Virus record (IMG/VR): IMGVR_UViG_3300045988_147588
Span: 1-42,816 of that record
Reading direction: 5' to 3' (one strand)
DNA length: 42,816 nt
Source: a virus
The translations under genes and the position numbers were made by a program. Shown here one piece after another: positions 1 through 5,293 of the stretch. The notes beneath the pieces are model-generated. The model was given only the letters and a program-made list of their open reading frames with translations. It did not search any database and was not told the DNA's origin. The number at the start of each line of letters is the position of its first letter. Positions within the stretch are counted from its first letter, which is position 1.

Positions 1-75
1 CTTGTGCGCTGCTTGTGCTGCTGCTTGTGCGCTGCTTGTGCTGCTGCTTGTGCTGCTGCTTGTGTTGCTGCTTAT
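1..75. repeat. Tandem repeat array (alternating CTTGTGCGCTG / CTTGTGCTGCTG units, 23-bp compound period), cut by the left window edge
   Basis: Units read at 1-11, 12-23, 24-34, 35-46, 47-58, 59-70 (last degenerate). Same array at 42744-42816. Confidence 0.9.
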
Positions 76-113
76 CCAGAAAAAAACATTTTTAAAATAT
101 TTTTATTTTAGTA

Positions 114-170
114 TTGACAAGTCGTCTTGTATATATATACTTATGGTTGTAAAGACAAGTAGTCTTGTAT
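114..170 (+). promoter_or_regulatory. Sigma70-like promoter with paired palindromic operator boxes
   Basis: TTGACA 114-119, 17-nt spacer, TATACT 137-142. 17-bp box GACAAGT(C/A)GTCTTGTAT at 116-132 and 154-170 (ACAAG...CTTGT inverted arms). Confidence 0.6.
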
Positions 171-190
171 AGAAAGTGAGAAATAAAAAC

Positions 191-499
191 ATGAAAAAAC
201 TTAAAGCATTATTACTTGCAACATTAGCAGCTGCTAACATTTACACGCTTATTAATAGCGATAAGCAGCAAGAACAACCAACAAACGAAAAGCATTTATT
301 ATCAATTGAACATTTCGAATATGATTATTATCAATCATATTTGCATGGATCAGTACCAGTTGATCATGACACATTTATAGCTATAAAAGTAGCTTACACA
401 ATAACAGAAGATGAAAGCTATATCTATTTATTAGATAGTTTAAATAATCAAGAATATGTAATAGCTCAAATGATTATTGATATAAATAACGGGCAGTGA
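191..499 (+). CDS. Small secreted or membrane-anchored protein (102 aa)
   Basis: ORF track 176..499. ATG at 191 gives MKKLKALLLATLAAANIY, a hydrophobic N-terminal signal/anchor. Lies downstream of the promoter at 114-142. Confidence 0.6.
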   Translation: MKKLKALLLATLAAANIYTLINSDKQQEQPTNEKHLLSIEHFEYDYYQSYLHGSVPVDHDTFIAIKVAYTITEDESYIYLLDSLNNQEYVIAQMIIDINNGQ

Positions 500-529
500 G
501 TGAAAAAATTAAAAAATATAAAAAAAGCA

Positions 530-581
530 TTGACATGTCACCACGTGGTGATAATATATAAGTGTAATCACCAAGTGGTGA
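530..581 (+). promoter_or_regulatory. Sigma70-like promoter with a second, different palindromic operator pair
   Basis: TTGACA 530-535, TAATAT 552-557. Perfect palindrome TCACCACGTGGTGA at 538-551 and near-copy TCACCAAGTGGTGA at 568-581. Confidence 0.6.
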
Positions 582-601
582 CAACTAGAAAGGAGGAAAA
601 A

Positions 602-754
602 ATGACCAACAAAGAAATAGAAATGTTGAAGCGCTGCATTTTAGCAAATTTAAAAGTATTAAAAATACTTTTAGAAAATGAAAAGCTCAATAATCAGGCA
701 ATCATAGCATTAATTAACTCAATGATTAAAGAGCTTGAATTAAGTAGCTTATAG
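602..754 (+). CDS. Hypothetical 50-aa helical protein
   Basis: ATG at 602 preceded by AGGAGG (591-596). The 500..601 part of the track ORF contains the promoter/operators, so it is not coding. Terminator follows. Confidence 0.6.
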   Translation: MTNKEIEMLKRCILANLKVLKILLENEKLNNQAIIALINSMIKELELSSL

Positions 755-761
755 CAGCTAC

Positions 762-790
762 AGGGCGGAACGCCTCCGCCCTTCAATTTT
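762..790 (+). terminator. Rho-independent terminator
   Basis: Stem AGGGCGGA (762-769) / TCCGCCCT (775-782) followed by TCAATTTT. Confidence 0.7.
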
Positions 791-833
791 AGCATAAAAA
801 TAACATGATAAAAAAATAAAAGGAGAAAAAAAC

Positions 834-1208
834 ATGACTTACAATTACAGATTAGAAGAAAAAAACGACATTTACAATTATATTACAGAAAATTATGAAG
901 ATATTAAAAGTGAACTAGAAGATCGTGATTCATTTTATGAAACATTATATGACAATTTATTTAATGAAGATTCAGTAACAGGAAATGCTAGCGGCTCATA
1001 TACTTTTAACCGTTACAAATCACGCGAGTATGTTTTAGGAAATGAAGATCTATTAAGAGAAGCATATACAGAATTTTGCTGTATGGATTCACTCGGCAAT
1101 GATTTTATAGAAGAAAATTACGAAAAAATGGATGTGACTATTCGCTGTTATTTATTGGGTGAATGTTTAAGCGATGTTTTAGACGACCTAGAAAGCGAAA
1201 TTGAATAA
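834..1208 (+). CDS. Strongly acidic 124-aa protein (anti-restriction / DNA-mimic candidate)
   Basis: ATG preceded by AAAGGAG. About 32 D/E versus about 11 K/R counted by eye. Early-arm position. Confidence 0.7.
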   Translation: MTYNYRLEEKNDIYNYITENYEDIKSELEDRDSFYETLYDNLFNEDSVTGNASGSYTFNRYKSREYVLGNEDLLREAYTEFCCMDSLGNDFIEENYEKMDVTIRCYLLGECLSDVLDDLESEIE

Positions 1209-1209
1209 T

Positions 1210-1389
1210 ATGATGAAAAGATATATTTCAGTTAGTAAAAATACGCAATGTTATGTATTTTCAACAGTAATAAATAATCGCTGTTATGAACAATGTTATT
1301 TCGGCTACACCATGCAAGAAATGCGGCGGATGTTCCGCGAACATTGCGGACTTATTGGCGATAAAAATGTTAGATTCATTTCACGATAA
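1210..1389 (+). CDS. Hypothetical 59-aa protein
   Basis: In-frame ATG ATG at 1210/1213 within track ORF 1201..1389. Abuts the stop of the upstream gene. Confidence 0.5.
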   Translation: MMKRYISVSKNTQCYVFSTVINNRCYEQCYFGYTMQEMRRMFREHCGLIGDKNVRFISR

Positions 1390-1479
1390 TATAAAAAGAC
1401 GCCCTGAAAGAGTCGTTGAAAATTACGACGAAACCGTCGCAGCTGCGGCGGTCGGCGTTATGCCATGGAGGTTTTTGTT

Positions 1480-1809
1480 ATGCTTGTACCTGAATTGATT
1501 AAAATAAAACCTATTGAAGCATTTAAAAATAGATCTTTAAGGACAGAATATAACAGCCAATGCGATAATGCTTTAAAATTCTGGACAGATTACATTTTTA
1601 ATAATGTCGAAAACGGAATAGAAATTGAAGATAAAAATATAATGATTATTTCTAAGGGAATAAATAACCCTGGTTATATTAGAATCTCAATTTTCAATCA
1701 TGAAAGAGATTATTTTTTGTATGCAGTAATGCATAAAGAATATAAGCCAACTGAAATGAAACGGCTTTTCAATGACTATTTATTAAAAATAAGCATTTCG
1801 AAATCCTAG
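1480..1809 (+). CDS. Hypothetical 109-aa protein
   Basis: GGAGG at 1467-1471, then ATG at 1480 (MLVPELIKIK...). The stop lies inside two-block element copy A. Confidence 0.7.
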   Translation: MLVPELIKIKPIEAFKNRSLRTEYNSQCDNALKFWTDYIFNNVENGIEIEDKNIMIISKGINNPGYIRISIFNHERDYFLYAVMHKEYKPTEMKRLFNDYLLKISISKS

Positions 1810-1831
1810 AAAACAATTTGCGGAGGTATAG
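1800..1831 (+). repeat. Two-block element copy A (GAAATCCTAG-N14-AGGTATAG)
   Basis: Block 1 at 1800-1809 overlaps the stop codon of 1480..1809. Block 2 at 1824-1831 overlaps the SD of the next ORF. Confidence 0.85.
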
Positions 1832-1833
1832 AT

Positions 1834-2010
1834 ATGTATAAATATGGAATGCGATTAAGAGGTTTCGGTTGTGGATCACAGCCAAACGGCTTTGTTAAGT
1901 GGGAGGATTGTGACAAAAACATAACTGGATATTGGAGTTATGTTTGGTACGATTTCAAGCTTGATAACAACGATTTATTCACTTATAGCATGGATTTACT
2001 AAGCGATTAG
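1834..2010 (+). CDS. Hypothetical 58-aa protein (below the ORF-track cutoff)
   Basis: Hand translation: MYKYGMRLRGFGCGSQPNGFVKWEDCDKNITGYWSYVWYDFKLDNNDLFTYSMDLLSD. GGAGG at 1822-1826 upstream of the ATG at 1834. Confidence 0.6.
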   Translation: MYKYGMRLRGFGCGSQPNGFVKWEDCDKNITGYWSYVWYDFKLDNNDLFTYSMDLLSD

Positions 2011-2041
2011 AAATCCTACGTTTAAAAATTTGGAGGTATAT
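2010..2041 (+). repeat. Two-block element copy B (GAAATCCTAC-N14-AGGTATAT)
   Basis: Block 1 at 2010-2019 starts on the last base of the preceding stop codon. Block 2 at 2034-2041 overlaps the SD. Confidence 0.9.
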
Positions 2042-2563
2042 ATGAAAATCAGCAAAACATTTAGTGGAAGTAACGAATTATATTTGCAGAAATTAACTAG
2101 ACAACAACGCTCTAGCTTGATTGAGAGCGCTGTATCTGACAACATTTACATGCGCGAAATGATACAAAAGCAAATTGAAAACGAAAATGCATACCTTAAA
2201 AGTGTTCATCAACCATCTATGTGGTATGCAATTAGATCTCAGTTGCATGATATGGTGAAAACTTATAGCGATATAGGAAGCGTATTGATAGGGAATGAGC
2301 ATTTTTCTACAACTTTTCATAACGGATATGGTGATGGCACAACTAGAACAGGATACATTGATGCCAACAATTCTGTATTGAGATTCATGAAGTTCGAAAC
2401 AACGTTCCAGGTGAACGGTGATAGCTGCTTTATTTACAGCTACGACTGTTTAAACGGTGAAGATTTAAAAGATAAATCCTACATTGCTGGAACTATTCCA
2501 TGTGGTAAATACGATGTATACCACTATGAAGGTATCATTGCATTAGTTAAACAAGCAAAATGA
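2042..2563 (+). CDS. Hypothetical 173-aa protein
   Basis: ATG at 2042 (MKISKTF...), 5 nt after GGAGG at 2032-2036. Track ORF 2030..2563. Confidence 0.75.
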   Translation: MKISKTFSGSNELYLQKLTRQQRSSLIESAVSDNIYMREMIQKQIENENAYLKSVHQPSMWYAIRSQLHDMVKTYSDIGSVLIGNEHFSTTFHNGYGDGTTRTGYIDANNSVLRFMKFETTFQVNGDSCFIYSYDCLNGEDLKDKSYIAGTIPCGKYDVYHYEGIIALVKQAK

Positions 2564-2593
2564 AATCCTACAAACAAGTCTATGGCCGTATAG
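2562..2593 (+). repeat. Two-block element copy C (GAAATCCTAC-N14-CCGTATAG, weaker block 2)
   Basis: Block 1 at 2562-2571 overlaps the TGA of 2042..2563. Same 14-nt spacing. Confidence 0.7.
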
Positions 2594-2619
2594 CTGTGGA
2601 CTTGTTGTTTAAGCATTTT

Positions 2620-2651
2620 GAAATCCTGCAAAGTAAATTATAATGGTATTG
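2620..2651 (+). repeat. Two-block element copy D (GAAATCCTGC-N14-TGGTATTG)
   Basis: Intergenic. Followed by AAGGAG and the ATG at 2670. Confidence 0.75.
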
Positions 2652-2669
2652 TTTAAAGGAGAAATTACC

Positions 2670-2882
2670 ATGCCAGAAAAGAAATTTGATAAACTAGAAT
2701 ATAACAAAGTGTACAATAAACAGCACACAAAAATGATATGTATTTACCTTAGAATAGAACAAGACTCTGATATAATTGAAGAAATTAGCTCTGCACCAAA
2801 TAAAACAGATTACATCCGTAATTTAGTTCGTGCTGATATTGAACGCAAAAAGCAAGCATCCAAAAATTCTGAAGTTGAATAA
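2670..2882 (+). CDS. Small DNA-binding-like protein (70 aa), paralog of 2958..3167
   Basis: ATG at 2670 after AAGGAG. Shared C-terminal motif PNK(T/V)(D/E)YIR(N/Q)LVRAD(I/M) with the next gene. Confidence 0.7.
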   Translation: MPEKKFDKLEYNKVYNKQHTKMICIYLRIEQDSDIIEEISSAPNKTDYIRNLVRADIERKKQASKNSEVE

Positions 2883-2913
2883 TCAATCGTATGTTTGCTA
2901 ATAGAAGCAAATT

Positions 2914-2945
2914 GAAATCCTACAATAAATATAAATAAGGTATGA
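2914..2945 (+). repeat. Two-block element copy E (GAAATCCTAC-N14-AGGTATGA)
   Basis: Intergenic. Followed by AGAGGTG and the ATG at 2958. Confidence 0.85.
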
Positions 2946-2957
2946 AAGAGGTGTAAT

Positions 2958-3167
2958 ATGGCATTATCAGAAGAAGCAAAAAAGAGAAAGAGCAAATATA
3001 ACGCAGAGAGAAATCAATTAGTTAGTGTTCGCATGGAATTCAGATTTCAAAAAGCAACCGATATGGATGTAGTGGAATACATTAAAGCACAACCAAATAA
3101 AGTGGAATACATCCGTCAATTAGTCAGAGCGGATATGCAAGCAAATCGAAATCCTAAGCAAAAATAA
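2958..3167 (+). CDS. Small DNA-binding-like protein (69 aa), paralog of 2670..2882
   Basis: ORF track. Shares the PNKVEYIRQLVRADM motif with 2670..2882. Confidence 0.7.
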   Translation: MALSEEAKKRKSKYNAERNQLVSVRMEFRFQKATDMDVVEYIKAQPNKVEYIRQLVRADMQANRNPKQK

Positions 3168-3179
3168 ATAGAGGTATAT
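3148..3179 (+). repeat. Two-block element copy F (GAAATCCTAA-N14-AGGTATAT)
   Basis: Block 1 lies inside the last codons of 2958..3167. Block 2 is 23 nt upstream of the ATG at 3202. Confidence 0.85.
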
Positions 3180-3201
3180 GTGAAAACAGGAGGTATTGCA
3201 A

Positions 3202-3423
3202 ATGTGTCTAACAATAAACTTTACAGAAGAAGAGAAGCGTTTGCTTAACAGCTATGCTAAAGTTCATTCAACGTCAGTTAGTGATGCCATCAAAAAAATA
3301 GTTTTAGAAAAAATTGAAGATGAATATGATGCTGCTTATGCTGAAAATGCATATAAAGCTTATATTGAAAGTAGCAAAAAAACATACTCTTTTTCTGAAG
3401 CTATGGAAGAACTGGGATTATGA
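3202..3423 (+). CDS. RelB/DinJ-type (DUF6290-like) type II antitoxin, orphan
   Basis: MCLTINFTEEEKRLLNSYAKVHSTSVSDAIKKIVLEKIEDEYD...YSFSEAMEELGL matches the RHH-antitoxin pattern as I recall it. ATG at 3202 after AGGAGG. Confidence 0.6.
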   Translation: MCLTINFTEEEKRLLNSYAKVHSTSVSDAIKKIVLEKIEDEYDAAYAENAYKAYIESSKKTYSFSEAMEELGL

Positions 3424-3453
3424 AGTATCTAGATAGTTATATATAAGCAAAGC

Positions 3454-3485
3454 AAAATCCTACAAAGGAATAAAATAAGGTATAT
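3454..3485 (+). repeat. Two-block element copy G (AAAATCCTAC-N14-AGGTATAT)
   Basis: Follows the last + strand gene. Points directly into the bidirectional terminator. Confidence 0.85.
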
Positions 3486-3487
3486 AA

Positions 3488-3516
3488 AAAGCGGTCAATT
3501 CAATCTTGATCGCTTT
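3488..3516. terminator. Bidirectional rho-independent terminator between the convergent + arm and the - early operon
   Basis: 10-bp stem AAAGCGGTCA / TGATCGCTTT with one G-U pair. T-runs on both strands. Confidence 0.7.
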
Positions 3517-3673
3517 CTTCTTTTAGATGTTTAATTACTTCTGATGTATCTTTTGATAAAAGTATTTCTACTTTTGCGTGTAATCCATAATTCAAGCCTT
3601 TATTGAATCCTACATGATATCCAATAAACAGAAGCATTGTCATCACTCCAATTTGCGTTATTATACTAAGCAT
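3500..3673 (-). CDS. 57-aa peptide with hydrophobic N-terminus and charged C-terminus (type I toxin-like or holin-like)
   Basis: Hand translation: MLSIITQIGVMTMLLFIGYHVGFNKGLNYGLHAKVEILLSKDTSEVIKHLKEESDQD. Weak AGGA SD. Stop lies in the terminator loop. Confidence 0.45.
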   Translation of the reverse strand: MLSIITQIGVMTMLLFIGYHVGFNKGLNYGLHAKVEILLSKDTSEVIKHLKEESDQD

Positions 3674-3675
3674 TT

Positions 3676-4002
3676 TCAAATCCTACAACATAACATTTCA
3701 CGGCTTGTCTTAATCCAAGCCAAATTTTGATACATGTATTCAATACCTTTTATCGTAATAGAATAAGTTACCATTTTCATATATTCTATCCTATCTGCAA
3801 AAAACTTTGTTTCACCCTCGAAGATATAACCGTTTGATATTAGATTATCAATAATAGTATTCCAATAGTTATCATTTATAATTGGAAACAATGAGCCATC
3901 ATTCTGTATTTCATTACAATATCCAGGTCTTCCGTCTCTCAACATTTCATATAAGTAATTCAATATTTTATATACGACCACACAATAATCATTTTTCGCC
4001 AT
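3676..4002 (-). CDS. YjcQ-like winged-helix protein (108 aa)
   Basis: AGGAGG 8 nt upstream of the ATG at 4002 (MAKNDYCVVVYKILNYLYE...). Resemblance to the YjcQ family by eye. Confidence 0.55.
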   Translation of the reverse strand: MAKNDYCVVVYKILNYLYEMLRDGRPGYCNEIQNDGSLFPIINDNYWNTIIDNLISNGYIFEGETKFFADRIEYMKMVTYSITIKGIEYMYQNLAWIKTSREMLCCRI

Positions 4003-4015
4003 AATCAAGTCCTCC

Positions 4016-4047
4016 TAAATCCTACGCTTCAATTTTTAAAGGTATAT
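4016..4047 (+). repeat. Two-block element copy J (TAAATCCTAC-N14-AGGTATAT)
   Basis: Same orientation and spacing as copies A-G, but lies between two minus-strand genes. A degenerate relative sits at 4828-4859. Confidence 0.8.
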
Positions 4048-4697
4048 CATTTATATTTGCTCATTACATGTTCAATATTTCTTTTAGCATCAATTAAATC
4101 GACTATAGAATTTATAAATGATTTCAAATCAATTAAACCTGGATCTTCTATATTATTTACATAATGTGTTTGACTGTTGCCTATAGTCTTTGAGCCTTTT
4201 GCCAGGATTTTAATATTTTCATCATCAATGTAATCATCTATGCATCGGCCTAAAGGCACTTTTTCTATTTCATCTTTTTTATCGCTGTGAAGATATATTG
4301 CATAATCTTTAATCAACACTTCAAGAGATTTTCTAAAACCAATTCCAGCTATTTCATCAAGTTTATTTTCCTGTGCAAACAATGATTGATTATATATCTT
4401 TTGAAATCTAGGCGATAATTCATTAATCCATTCTGAAAAAATCTTTTCTTCTGGAATCTTTGGTGTTGTTCCTATTAGAATTGGAGTAATAATTCTAAAT
4501 TCATATGTTGCAATAAATGTATTATGGCACGCTGGGCATAAACATGTTCTAAACACTTTACATCTGCAGTTATTGTAATCAAACAATGGTTCAGGACAAA
4601 TATAAGAGTGACATATTGGGCAACGATTAGGTAATTTACCTTTAAATTCTCCTCGTTCTTTAATCAATTTATTACTTACTTTTTTTAAAATACGCAT
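4047..4697 (-). CDS. Zn-ribbon + DUF4145-like protein (216 aa), defence/exclusion candidate
   Basis: CPICH...CLCPACH cysteine pairs at the N-terminus. C-terminal GFRKSLEVLIKDY...IGNSQTHY resembles DUF4145. Confidence 0.55.
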   Translation of the reverse strand: MRILKKVSNKLIKERGEFKGKLPNRCPICHSYICPEPLFDYNNCRCKVFRTCLCPACHNTFIATYEFRIITPILIGTTPKIPEEKIFSEWINELSPRFQKIYNQSLFAQENKLDEIAGIGFRKSLEVLIKDYAIYLHSDKKDEIEKVPLGRCIDDYIDDENIKILAKGSKTIGNSQTHYVNNIEDPGLIDLKSFINSIVDLIDAKRNIEHVMSKYK

Positions 4698-4699
4698 GG

Positions 4700-4816
4700 C
4701 TATATTTTACCATTATCTTTATTTTTTAAAACACGTTCTATTTCTTCAAGTCTTTTTTCAATATCATTCAGTCTTTTTAGAATTTCATTTAAAACAATAC
4801 TTTGTAATTCATCCAT
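4700..4816 (-). CDS. 38-aa coiled-coil peptide
   Basis: Hand translation: MDELQSIVLNEILKRLNDIEKRLEEIERVLKNKDNGKI. AGGAGG upstream. Tightly packed before the next ATG. Confidence 0.45.
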   Translation of the reverse strand: MDELQSIVLNEILKRLNDIEKRLEEIERVLKNKDNGKI

Positions 4817-4840
4817 ACAAGTCCTCCTAAATCATAAGTG

Positions 4841-5266
4841 CTAACATATAATGGCATATATTTTTTCATATATATTTGTTATCTTTCTATATACTTGGGA
4901 TTTGCTGCAATGCATATTTTTTCCTATTTCTTCATAAGATAATCTTCTTATATATACATCATCAAGAAGTTCTTTTTCTTCTTCCAGAAGATTTGCTTTG
5001 TTGAAAGAAATAAATAAATATTTACTTTTCTTTTTCTCAATCTTTTTAGCTACTTCTAAATCATCAATTTTAGAAATCATATCAATCAATCTTTGATCGT
5101 GTGTTATTCCACTTGGCGAACCAGGTTCTTTATCATATCTAATTCCTTTAGTTCCTAGTTTGCTTCTGCATTGCTTGATGTTTCTTTCTATTTCATTAAT
5201 TTTTTCAATGCTCAAATACATTGAAGCTAGAAATCCTTTAATTTTTTGTACTTCTAAATCAGTCAT
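4841..5266 (-). CDS. Sigma-70 region-4-like / phage transcriptional regulator (141 aa)
   Basis: C-terminal HTH LSYEEIGKNMHCSKSQVYRKITNIYEKI. Size and layout resemble ArpU/RinA/DUF1492-type phage regulators. Confidence 0.55.
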   Translation of the reverse strand: MTDLEVQKIKGFLASMYLSIEKINEIERNIKQCRSKLGTKGIRYDKEPGSPSGITHDQRLIDMISKIDDLEVAKKIEKKKSKYLFISFNKANLLEEEKELLDDVYIRRLSYEEIGKNMHCSKSQVYRKITNIYEKIYAIIC

Positions 5267-5293
5267 TATCCTCTCAGAAATAAGTTACAGTTC

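Noticed and set aside
1-75. Terminal tandem repeats considered as a CRISPR array
   Set aside because: The units are contiguous (11/12 nt) with no unique spacers, and no cas genes are present. This is a simple tandem repeat.
500-601. 5' extension of track ORF 500..754 (GTG start)
   Set aside because: The extension contains the TTGACA/-10 promoter and both palindromic operators. A strong AGGAGG-ATG start occurs at 602.
1286-1498. 70-aa + strand ORF overlapping 1210..1389 and the start of 1480..1809
   Set aside because: It has no SD, overlaps two better-supported genes in other frames, and has an Ala/Cys-rich composition driven by the GC-rich patch.
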